58,109 nt of DNA. Origin: Candidatus Omnitrophota bacterium. GTDB taxonomy: Bacteria > Omnitrophota > Gorgyraeia > JAHJTE01. The stretch spans positions 1 to 58,109 of the forward strand of contig JAGVEL010000008.1 in the NCBI GenBank assembly GCA_020058285.1, in the 5' to 3' direction. Below the pieces are notes generated by a model. It did no database searches and was not told the origin of the DNA. It saw only the letters and a list, made by a program, of their open reading frames with translations. A program made the translations under genes and the position numbers. This document shows positions 33,777-42,282 of this stretch, one piece after another. Every line of letters begins with the position of its first letter. Positions within the stretch are counted from its first letter, which is position 1.

Positions 33777-33821
33777 CCCCGTAAGAGATAAATAGATACA
33801 GACGGCCTATCTCTTACGGGG
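33777..33821 (-). terminator. Strong 14-bp hairpin downstream of pilC (possible terminator or processing/stability element; no U-tract)
   Basis: The sequence is CCCCGUAAGAGAUA-(17 nt)-UAUCUCUUACGGGG. It lies 49 nt after the pilC stop and 13 nt before the -35 of the distal pilA promoter. Confidence 0.4.
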
Positions 33822-33869
33822 TGAACCCCATCATAATAATGAGGTTGTAACAATTAGTTAAATTCTCTA

Positions 33870-35069
33870 TTAGTGACCCAACAATTGCGTAATCTTAAAT
33901 ACAGGTAAAAACAAGGCAATAACAATACCACCAATCACCACACCTAAGAATGCAATAACCAAAGGCTCAATTAAACTGGTCATAGAGCTGACTGCTGCAT
34001 CAACTTGTTCATCATAAAAATCAGCAATCTTAGTTAACATCTTTTCCAGCTCTCCGGTTTGCTCGCCTACTGATATCATTCTCACCACCATTGGCGGAAA
34101 AACAGGACTATTACTTAACGGGCCAGCGATTGGTTCGCCTTCTTTTATTGATTGCCGGGCATTATCAATGGCCTCTTCCACGACTTTATTTCCAGAGGTT
34201 TTTGCAACTATCTCTAATGAACTTAAAATTGGTACGCCACTTTTAACCAAGGTAGAAAGCGTCCGGCTGAATTTCGCAACCGCAACTTTCCTTAAAAGCT
34301 CGCCAAAAACCGGAAGTCTTAGTAAATTATAATCAACAATTCTTCTACCGCCAGGCGTGGCTATCCATTTTTTTATAAAGAAAACTATTACCATGAAACC
34401 AGCAACTACAAAAACAAATAATTTGCGAATCACATCGCTCACGCCGATTAAAATCTGGGTAGGTATAGGAAGTTGCCCGCCGAGCATATCAAATATGCCT
34501 TTAAATGTGGGAACAACTTTAATCAGTAAGAAAATAGTAATAATAATCGCCATACAAATTACCACAATCGGATAAGTAAGGGATGATTTTACCTTTCGTT
34601 GCAAAGCACTAGTCTTCTCCAGGTAATTAGCAAGTCTATCTAAGATATCATTTAAAAGACCGCTGGCTTCGCCAGCCTTGGCCATATTGATAAAAAGAGG
34701 TGAAAACACATTTGGGTGCTTTGCTAGAGCATCACAAAAACCTAAACCCTCTTCTATGTCTTGTCTAATCTTTAAAATTACCTGACGAAAATTTTCCTTT
34801 TCCACTTGCTCGCCTAAGATGCTTAATGCCTGAACAAGCGGTATGCCACTATCCACCATTGTCGCCAGCTGACGGGAAAAAATTACTAAATCATCGAGCT
34901 TGACTCTTTTGGTTCTTAAGCGTTTTTTTGATTTTTCCTCAATCAAAAATATCGGCAATAGCTGTTTGTTACGCAAGATTTCAACAGCCCGCTCCTGGTC
35001 TGCAGCTTCTAGGGTGCCGGAAATTTTTTTACCGTAAGTATCTTTTGCCGTATAAGTAAAAACAGCCAT
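33870..35069 (-). CDS. pilC: Type IV pilus platform protein PilC (two T2SSF domains)
   Basis: It is 399 aa with a typical N-terminus (FTYTAKDTYGKKISGTLEA), three TM segments, and a duplicated T2SSF pattern (LATMVDSGIPLVQAL / LSTLVKSGVPILSSL). Confidence 0.9.
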   Translation of the reverse strand: MAVFTYTAKDTYGKKISGTLEAADQERAVEILRNKQLLPIFLIEEKSKKRLRTKRVKLDDLVIFSRQLATMVDSGIPLVQALSILGEQVEKENFRQVILKIRQDIEEGLGFCDALAKHPNVFSPLFINMAKAGEASGLLNDILDRLANYLEKTSALQRKVKSSLTYPIVVICMAIIITIFLLIKVVPTFKGIFDMLGGQLPIPTQILIGVSDVIRKLFVFVVAGFMVIVFFIKKWIATPGGRRIVDYNLLRLPVFGELLRKVAVAKFSRTLSTLVKSGVPILSSLEIVAKTSGNKVVEEAIDNARQSIKEGEPIAGPLSNSPVFPPMVVRMISVGEQTGELEKMLTKIADFYDEQVDAAVSSMTSLIEPLVIAFLGVVIGGIVIALFLPVFKITQLLGH

Positions 35070-35072
35070 CCT

Positions 35073-36773
35073 CTACCCCTCGCTGGCTACACGCAAAACT
35101 TCCTCAAATGTAGTCATGCCTAATTTAAATTTACGCAACATATCATCCCAAATAGTCTGCATAGCGTTATGTTTAACCGCATAATCCTTAATCTCATCGC
35201 TTGAGCTCTTCTTAATAATCATACCACGTATTGTATCATCAAACATCAAAACTTCAAGTGCGGCAATCCTTCCGAAATATCCAGTATTATTACAATGGTT
35301 ACAACCTCGTCCAGTGTAAAAAATCTGATCCTTTGTTGGTTTTATGGAGAATCTTTTAACTATCTCATCTGGAACATCTACTGGTTCTTTGCAGGAGTTA
35401 CAAATTTTACGGCACAGCCTCTGGGCGCAAGTCATAACAATTGATGAAGATACAAGGAACGGTTCAACGCCCATATCAATTAAACGCGTAATTGCGCCGG
35501 CAGCATCATTTGTATGTAACGTTGAAAAAACCAATTGGCCGATTAGAGATGCTCGAACAGCTATATCTGCAGTTTCAGAATCACGAATTTCACCAATCAT
35601 TATAATATCCGGGCTTTGGCGCAATATTGCCCGTAAGCCTGCAGCAAACGTTAGACCGATATCGGGCTTGACATGAATCTGGGTTATGCCTTCAATCTGA
35701 TACTCAACAGGATCTTCAACGGTAATTATATTTCTATCCGTGGTATTAAGCCGGTTTAGTATGGAATATAACGTTGTAGATTTTCCGCTTCCGGTTGGAC
35801 CGGTAACTAAAATCATACCATAGGGTTTTTCTATTGCCTGACGGAATAATTCCATTGGCTCAGGAAAGAATCCCAGTTTTTCTAAACCCATTGATAAACT
35901 TGATTTATCCAAGGCTCTTAAAACAAATTTTTGGCCAAAGGTTGTAGGTAAGGCTGAAACTCGAAAATCCACTTCTCTTCCTTCGAATCTAATCTTAAAT
36001 CTTCCATCTTGAGGAAGCCTGGCCTCAGTAATATCCAATCCACTCATAATTTTTAATCGAGCCATAACCGCGTTTTGGTTAATGCGCGGAAGCGTAAGGA
36101 TATCGTGCAAGCTTCCGTCTATACGATAGCGCACGCGTAACCCATCTTCAGTAGGCTCAACGTGGATATCACTTGCCCGTTTATAAAGGCTCTCCGCAAC
36201 AATCAAGTCAACAACCTTTACGATAGGCGCCCTTTGGCTCTCTTCTATTACAGCTGAAACCTCCATTTGCCCGGCTTCTATACTTAAGGTACGAGTCTGA
36301 TCAGATTCTTCCTCAAGCAGCGAAGAAATAACTGCTGTTTCCGGGTGATAATATTTTTCAATTGCCTTGCGTATATCTGATTCTGTAGCCAGCACCGGAT
36401 CAGTATCCTTGCCAGTCAAAGCCCTTAAATCATCCAAGGCAAAGATGTTCATTGGATCGCTCATCGCTACCGTAATCGTAGAGCCAATTTGCGAAACACA
36501 AATCAGATTATATTGGCGCGCGAGCCGTTCAGGTATAATCTTGATTATATCCGGGTCAATCTTATATTTTGATAGATCGAATGGCGGCAGTTTTAATTCT
36601 TCAGAAAGAACAGCTAATAATTCCTTATTCGTAATCATGCCTTCATTGAGCAGGATATCTTTAACCGAATCTCTCTTTTGCTTCTGAAAAGTCAAAACCT
36701 GTTGCTTCTGCTTAGGGGTTATACGCTTGGTTTTAACCAGGATATCTAATATTTTTTCATTTAATGTATTCAT
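35073..36773 (-). CDS. pilB: PilB/GspE-family assembly ATPase (paralog adjacent to pilC)
   Basis: It has a T2SSE_N domain, Walker A GPTGSGKST, the Asp box, Walker B IIMIGEIRD, a His box, and a tetracysteine motif (CNSC...CNHC). Confidence 0.85.
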   Translation of the reverse strand: MNTLNEKILDILVKTKRITPKQKQQVLTFQKQKRDSVKDILLNEGMITNKELLAVLSEELKLPPFDLSKYKIDPDIIKIIPERLARQYNLICVSQIGSTITVAMSDPMNIFALDDLRALTGKDTDPVLATESDIRKAIEKYYHPETAVISSLLEEESDQTRTLSIEAGQMEVSAVIEESQRAPIVKVVDLIVAESLYKRASDIHVEPTEDGLRVRYRIDGSLHDILTLPRINQNAVMARLKIMSGLDITEARLPQDGRFKIRFEGREVDFRVSALPTTFGQKFVLRALDKSSLSMGLEKLGFFPEPMELFRQAIEKPYGMILVTGPTGSGKSTTLYSILNRLNTTDRNIITVEDPVEYQIEGITQIHVKPDIGLTFAAGLRAILRQSPDIIMIGEIRDSETADIAVRASLIGQLVFSTLHTNDAAGAITRLIDMGVEPFLVSSSIVMTCAQRLCRKICNSCKEPVDVPDEIVKRFSIKPTKDQIFYTGRGCNHCNNTGYFGRIAALEVLMFDDTIRGMIIKKSSSDEIKDYAVKHNAMQTIWDDMLRKFKLGMTTFEEVLRVASEG

Positions 36774-36778
36774 AGTGC

Positions 36779-38494
36779 CTAAGTCGTGCTTTCGTCTGGG
36801 GCAGTTAAGCGTAAAACCTCTTCCAGCGAAGTTACGCCGTCAAGCGCTTTTTCAATACCCACTTCCCTCAGAGTTTTCATTCCTTCTTTTCTGGCTAAAA
36901 TTTTTATAATTGATTCTGGCTGGTGAGTAAGTATTAATTCTTTAACTTTTGGACTTAAAAATAAGATCTCCAAGATTCCTGCCCGGCCAGCATATCCGGT
37001 ATTAAAACAAGCTTTACAACCTTTGGGCGCAAAAAATTGACTGCCAGATTTTATAATCAGTTTTTGGGCAATATCCGGCTTTATCGTATACGGCTCTTTG
37101 CAGTGCTCGCATAATTTTCTCAATAATCTTTGAGACATTATCGCAATTATACTTGAGGCAATCAAAAAAGGTTCCACACCCATATCAATAAGCCTAATTA
37201 TTGAGCCGGCGGCTGTCGTAGTGTGCAATGTGCTTAAAACAAGATGTCCGGTTAATGCTGCTTTAATCGCAATATCTACAGTATCAAAATCGCGAATCTC
37301 GCCGATCATTATAATGTTTGGATCTTGCCGTAATATTGAACGCAAACAGCTGGCAAAAGTAAGACCAATCTCGGCATTGACACTAACCTGGTTAATCCCG
37401 CGTAGTTGATACTCTACTGGATCTTCAACGGTAATAATATTTTTTTCCGGATTATCAACAAATTTAAGTATTGAATAAAGCGTGGTTGTTTTTCCGCTAC
37501 CTGTGGGACCGCAAGTAAGAATCATACCGTAAGGTTTAGCGCTAGATTTTTTTAAAATATCTAACGAGTGTTTATCAAAGCCTAATTTATCAATATCCAG
37601 CGTTGCCGTGGATTTATCCAAAATTCTTAAAGCAACTTTTTCGCCAAAGCTTGAGGGTAAAATTGAAACTCTAAAATCAACCTCCCGGTTTTCGATCTTA
37701 ATCTTAAATCTGCCGTCTTGGGGAAGGCGGTGTTCAGCAATATCTAAACCAGACATAACTTTTATTCTGGAAACAACTGGTGGATGCAGTGCTTTTGGCG
37801 GAGCTTCTATTTCTTTAAGCACCCCATCAATACGCAGCCTCACCCTCACCTTGCGCTCAAAAGGTTCAATCAAAATATCCGAAGCCTTAGCTTCAATACC
37901 TTGTTTTAAAAACAAATTAGTAATCTTTATTACCGGCGCTTCCTGGGTAAGGCGGGCTAATTCCTGCGTATCCATATTATCCTGCTGCTCATCTTGAACT
38001 AACTCCAAAGCTTTATCCTTACCCATATCATCAATAATCTGTTCTATCGCCTGATAAGAAGCCTCGCCGTAATATTGAGTAATGGCGTTCAATACATCTT
38101 CGGGCTTGGCAATAATCGGATTTATATCAAAACCAGTTAATGTCTTTACCGCATCCATTGCAAAAACATTAAGCGGATCAGCCATGGCTAACGTCAGGGT
38201 ATTGCCCATCTTTGAAACAGGAATAATCTGATAGTGCCGGGCTGTTTCGTGCGGAATTAGGCTGGTTACTGCAGGGTCTATTTTAAACCGGGATAAATCT
38301 ATAGGCGGAAGCCCTAAGCCTTCGCTTAAGGCAATGATTAAATCTTTTTGGCTGATAAACCCCAGACGGACCAGGATATCACTTAATCTACCGCCCTCTT
38401 TGCTCTGGACATCTAGGGACTTATCTAAATTTTCACGCGTAATTAACTTGTTCTTAATTAATATTTCTGTCAGGCGCTCTTTTAATGAAACCAT
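36779..38494 (-). CDS. Second PilB/GspE-family ATPase paralog
   Basis: It has the same architecture: Walker A GPTGSGKTT, IIMIGEIRD and CEHC...CKAC. Its N-terminus carries two partial MshEN-like 24-residue motifs (RLTEILIKNKLITRENLDKSLDVQ and RLSDILVRLGFISQKDLIIALSEG). Confidence 0.85.
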   Translation of the reverse strand: MVSLKERLTEILIKNKLITRENLDKSLDVQSKEGGRLSDILVRLGFISQKDLIIALSEGLGLPPIDLSRFKIDPAVTSLIPHETARHYQIIPVSKMGNTLTLAMADPLNVFAMDAVKTLTGFDINPIIAKPEDVLNAITQYYGEASYQAIEQIIDDMGKDKALELVQDEQQDNMDTQELARLTQEAPVIKITNLFLKQGIEAKASDILIEPFERKVRVRLRIDGVLKEIEAPPKALHPPVVSRIKVMSGLDIAEHRLPQDGRFKIKIENREVDFRVSILPSSFGEKVALRILDKSTATLDIDKLGFDKHSLDILKKSSAKPYGMILTCGPTGSGKTTTLYSILKFVDNPEKNIITVEDPVEYQLRGINQVSVNAEIGLTFASCLRSILRQDPNIIMIGEIRDFDTVDIAIKAALTGHLVLSTLHTTTAAGSIIRLIDMGVEPFLIASSIIAIMSQRLLRKLCEHCKEPYTIKPDIAQKLIIKSGSQFFAPKGCKACFNTGYAGRAGILEILFLSPKVKELILTHQPESIIKILARKEGMKTLREVGIEKALDGVTSLEEVLRLTAPDESTT

Positions 38495-38501
38495 TTAAGA
38501 T

Positions 38502-38945
38502 TTATTTATAGTATTTCTTAATTGCTTCCCGAATATCAGAAGTTGTGCTGACAAAAGTCTGTACCTTGCATTTGGTAAGCATCTCTATATCTTCTATGGC
38601 CTGGACATTTAACGGATTAGACATGGCAACCGTAAGTGAATTGCCAATTTTATCTATTGGAATGAGGCAATATTGGACGGCGACATTATTAGGAATTAAA
38701 TCCACAACATTAGCATCTATTTCATAATTTTTTAAAGGTAAATACGGAAAGCCATATTGTGCAGTTAAGGCATGGGCAATATCTTCTTCGCGGGCAAAGC
38801 CCAACTCCACCAGAATCTCACCGATGAGCCCGCCCCTATCCTTTTGAACCTCTAAGGCTTTTTCTAGCTGTTTGGCTCCGATGACTGCCCGCTCAATCAG
38901 CAGCTCGCCTAATTGCTTTGTCATTATTCTCTTAAATGTAGTCAT
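38502..38945 (-). CDS. Stand-alone T2SSE_N / MshEN-like domain protein (no ATPase domain)
   Basis: It is 147 aa with tandem motifs QLGELLIERAVIGAKQLEKALEVQ and LIGEILVELGFAREEDIAHALTAQ. These are followed by GFPYLPL...LIPIDKIGNSLTVAMSNPLN, typical of GspE/PilB N-terminal domains. Confidence 0.75.
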   Translation of the reverse strand: MTTFKRIMTKQLGELLIERAVIGAKQLEKALEVQKDRGGLIGEILVELGFAREEDIAHALTAQYGFPYLPLKNYEIDANVVDLIPNNVAVQYCLIPIDKIGNSLTVAMSNPLNVQAIEDIEMLTKCKVQTFVSTTSDIREAIKKYYK

Positions 38946-38947
38946 AA

Positions 38948-40393
38948 TTATGCCTTAACCAAATTTTTGCCGTGCGCCTTTGCCTGATCGAGCATTTCTC
39001 TTGCATGGTCAATTAATTCTCCGCTGGAAACTCCATCAATCGGATTTTCGCTAACTCCACCGCTCATCGTTAATCTCTTATTAACCTCAGTTTCTTCCTT
39101 AAACAAGTATTCTAATTTTTTCCTTATCTCTTCGGCTATTTTTAATGCCTCTTTTTTGTTGCGTTCCGGAAGAACGACTGCAAAATCATTATCGCCAAAC
39201 CGAGCTACCCTATCTATCTCAGTAACGCTATCCTCCAATGTCAGGGCAATCTTTTTAAGAGCAGTTTCACTAGCCAATTCACCAAAAAGCGTATGATATC
39301 GCCTGAAATTATCTACATTAAATAATAAGAACGCACACGGCCGCTGATAAGCAACTGCACGCTTTATCTCTTCGTCCAAACGCGCTTTTATAAATCTTTC
39401 ATTGTAAAGGCCAGTTAATGGGTCTTTCACTTCGAGCTTCTGCACGCGGAAATGCAGAAAGTCTGTTTCCAGAGCAATGGCAATCTGTTTTACAAAAATT
39501 TCCAATATTTCTAAATCATCTGTAGTATAGAAGAAATCTTCTTTGTTGTTGGCAATGCATATTAACCCCAAAGCCTTGCCGCGCACATACAGAGGAATAA
39601 AAATGGCATTACGCATTCCAAAAGACTCCTGCCAATACCGGATATCAGCCGATGATTGCTTATTATTCTTATCTAAAATAAAAACTTCTTTTTTATGGAT
39701 AACATTTCCTAAAAGGCCTTCGCCTAACCTCACTTTTAAATTGCTAATCCGTTCTGACTCTTGACCTCTAAAACATTTTAGGCTTAAAAAATCTGAATCT
39801 TCAGCTTTAGTTAAAAGCAAACCTAATTCAGATTGGCCGACCTGCATAATCTTATCTACGCTTACCTTTAGTATCTCTTCTAATTTTGAGCCTTGGGAAA
39901 TTAAGTTGCCTATTTGTAATAAATTACTCAAAATTACAACCCGCTTGTGAATCTCAGTATTGATATTTTTTGTTTTTTCGCCGTAATTGCTTAATTCTTC
40001 CATAGACTGACGAATTCTTAAGGTTAGCTTATCTAAGGCAGAACTTAAATCGCCGATTTCGTCATCGCGGCCAATGCCTACTTTAATCACGTGATCAAAA
40101 TTTCCTTCGGCAATGTGGCTGGCTTCCCGGCTTATTTTAATTACCGGATCAATAATCCTTTTTAAGATGTAAAATCCTATTGCGGCAATCGCTATCGTAA
40201 TAATCAAAATCGGCAAGATGTTAAATTTAAGCGGCTGCATCTCATTTACCTTAAATGTAAAATTAAACAAGCTGGGAAAAATCATATTCATTAAAATAAG
40301 TATTGGGATAATCGAAGAAAGCACAAAGGCTACCATGAGCTTCACATTCAAGCTACGTGAATTTAAGTTTAATTTATTTGGCTTATTATTCAT
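38948..40393 (-). CDS. Membrane HAMP-GAF-GGDEF protein with a degenerate active site (GDNDF)
   Basis: It has two TM segments, a HAMP domain (ISREASHIAEGNFDH...DEIGDLSSALDKL) and a GAF-like middle. The GGDEF fold shows DPLTGLYNERF, but the A-site is RFGDNDF, the metal site is FNVDNFRRYH, and the I-site position reads TEID. Confidence 0.8.
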   Translation of the reverse strand: MNNKPNKLNLNSRSLNVKLMVAFVLSSIIPILILMNMIFPSLFNFTFKVNEMQPLKFNILPILIITIAIAAIGFYILKRIIDPVIKISREASHIAEGNFDHVIKVGIGRDDEIGDLSSALDKLTLRIRQSMEELSNYGEKTKNINTEIHKRVVILSNLLQIGNLISQGSKLEEILKVSVDKIMQVGQSELGLLLTKAEDSDFLSLKCFRGQESERISNLKVRLGEGLLGNVIHKKEVFILDKNNKQSSADIRYWQESFGMRNAIFIPLYVRGKALGLICIANNKEDFFYTTDDLEILEIFVKQIAIALETDFLHFRVQKLEVKDPLTGLYNERFIKARLDEEIKRAVAYQRPCAFLLFNVDNFRRYHTLFGELASETALKKIALTLEDSVTEIDRVARFGDNDFAVVLPERNKKEALKIAEEIRKKLEYLFKEETEVNKRLTMSGGVSENPIDGVSSGELIDHAREMLDQAKAHGKNLVKA

Positions 40394-40400
40394 TGTGATT

Positions 40401-40430
40401 CTCCTTAATTTGCCCTCTGATTTGTGTCCG
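40401..40430 (-). promoter_or_regulatory. Conserved 30-nt 5'-UTR motif including the SD (copy A; copy B at 49731-49760)
   Basis: The minus strand reads CGGACACAAAUCAGAGGGCAAAUUAAGGAG, then 7 nt, then AUG. Copy B reads CAGACACAAAUCAGAUGGCAAAUUAAGGAG, then 7 nt, then AUG. The two copies share 28 of 30 positions. Confidence 0.6.
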
Positions 40431-40457
40431 CAAAATAAAAATTTTCGTATATTTTTT

Positions 40458-40486
40458 ACTATAACGGATTATTTTTTAAATGTCAA
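40458..40486 (-). promoter_or_regulatory. Sigma70-type promoter for the HAMP-GAF-GGDEF/MshEN/ATPase operon
   Basis: The minus strand reads TTGACA (40481-40486), a 17-nt spacer, then TATAGT (40458-40463). Confidence 0.5.
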
Positions 40487-40498
40487 TGCCTTTTAGCT

Positions 40499-42277
40499 TT
40501 AATTGCTCGCAAGTTCTGCTTGGGTAGCGGACTCGACCAGCTTTAAGACATCAAGATATTTTTGCTTAAGGCTTTGACTATTAATATTTGCATCTATATG
40601 CTCCCAGGGTAATTTCTGTTCAAGGCTAATTTGCCGATTTACAAAATAGCTAACATCTATACCGCTTTTCTCTATGGCCTGCTGCCAATAAGAAAAGTTA
40701 AAACAATCACCGCTACCATCAAAAACCGCCCCGTTTTCAAATGCGCTAAAAATTAGTTTAGATAATCTTCTATCTCCTCGGGAAAGTAAGGCCTCCAGAA
40801 AACTTGCTTCGATATTCCGGAAGTCAACCTTGGCATTTCTTAACCTGCGTAAAATTGTTGATTTTAAAAACTTCTGTTTACGTTTCAAATTATCAAGATC
40901 ATCCATTGGCAACCACTGGAACACGGTATTCGGCTTGGGGATAAACGGATTTATACTAATGCTAAAATTAAAATTCCTCCTGAATTTGCCTTCTATGCAG
41001 AACAATTCGTAAATAAGTTCCGGGATTTTAGCTAAATCTTCATCCGTCTCAAAAGGCAAACCATACATAAAATAAAACTTTATTCGGCGGTATCCATTAT
41101 TGTAACAAAAAGCAATTAATGCTTTAACCGCTTCTATATCAACTTGTTTGTTAATTATCTGGCGCATCCGACTACTAGCACTTTCTATGGCTAACGTAAG
41201 GCCGGTCTTTCTTATTTTAAGAATTGTCTCTAAAACTTTGATCATTTTTTTAGTCGGCCTAAGTGAACCCAGGGAAATACCTACACACTGCTTCTGAAAA
41301 TAATCTATTAAATCATTAACAATCTCTTGAATCTGCGGATGATCTGAGCAAGATAGGCCAAGCAAAGATATTTCTTCATAGCCACTTCTTGCTTGTGCCT
41401 GGATAGCTAGCTCGATTATTTTTTCCTTACTCCTTATCCGAAAAGGATAATAAAACGACCTTGCCTGGCAAAAATTGCACTCATGCGGGCAACCGCGCAT
41501 TAACTCGATCATAATTCTGTCCTGGATAACCGCAATATAAGGCACCAACCAATCAATTGGATAAAATGAAGTGTCCAAATCTCTAACAAACCTTTGTTTG
41601 ATTAAGCTGGGAATTGTTGCCGATTTAGCCTTAAGCCCAATAAATGAATCATCTCCGGCATATTCTGGCTCGTAAAACTGCGGCACATACACACCATTTA
41701 TCCGAGACAATTTCTCCAGTAATTGTGGCCGGCTAAGTTTATCATGAAAATTTTTAAACTCTGTAATCAATTCTAATAAAACCTCTTCTGCTTCTCCGAT
41801 TACAAAGCAATCAAAGAAATCAGCTAATGGCTCAGGATTACTCAACGCTGGACCACCAGCAATAATCAACGGATGCAATTCATTCCGCTCTCGGGAATAA
41901 AAAGGAATTTTTCCTATTTCTAAAATGTTTAAGATATTTGTATAATCTAGCTCATGCTGGACAGAAAAACCAACTATGTCAAATTCTAAGAGTCGGCGCT
42001 TAGACTCTAAAGATGTGAAGTTCAACCTACCAGCCTTAATAAGCGCCAACATATCTATATCCGGCAAAAAAAATCTTTCGCAAGCGATTCTTGCTTGGCT
42101 ATTTAATAGCCCATAGATTATGCGTAACCCTAAGTTGCTCATTCCTAGTTCGTAAAGGCCGGGGAAACAAATAGCAAACCTAAAGTCAATTTCTGAATCG
42201 CTCTTTTGTTTTAAATTAAACTCTTCGCCGATATAGCGGGCGGGTTTTCTTACACTTAACAGTAAATCTTGCGCCAT
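40499..42277 (-). CDS. B12-binding-domain radical SAM protein (TIGR03960-like)
   Basis: It has the CxxxCxxC cluster motif RGCPHECNFCQA, is 592 aa, and sits next to rodA as in many genomes. Confidence 0.8.
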   Translation of the reverse strand: MAQDLLLSVRKPARYIGEEFNLKQKSDSEIDFRFAICFPGLYELGMSNLGLRIIYGLLNSQARIACERFFLPDIDMLALIKAGRLNFTSLESKRRLLEFDIVGFSVQHELDYTNILNILEIGKIPFYSRERNELHPLIIAGGPALSNPEPLADFFDCFVIGEAEEVLLELITEFKNFHDKLSRPQLLEKLSRINGVYVPQFYEPEYAGDDSFIGLKAKSATIPSLIKQRFVRDLDTSFYPIDWLVPYIAVIQDRIMIELMRGCPHECNFCQARSFYYPFRIRSKEKIIELAIQAQARSGYEEISLLGLSCSDHPQIQEIVNDLIDYFQKQCVGISLGSLRPTKKMIKVLETILKIRKTGLTLAIESASSRMRQIINKQVDIEAVKALIAFCYNNGYRRIKFYFMYGLPFETDEDLAKIPELIYELFCIEGKFRRNFNFSISINPFIPKPNTVFQWLPMDDLDNLKRKQKFLKSTILRRLRNAKVDFRNIEASFLEALLSRGDRRLSKLIFSAFENGAVFDGSGDCFNFSYWQQAIEKSGIDVSYFVNRQISLEQKLPWEHIDANINSQSLKQKYLDVLKLVESATQAELASN

Positions 42278-42282
42278 AAAAA

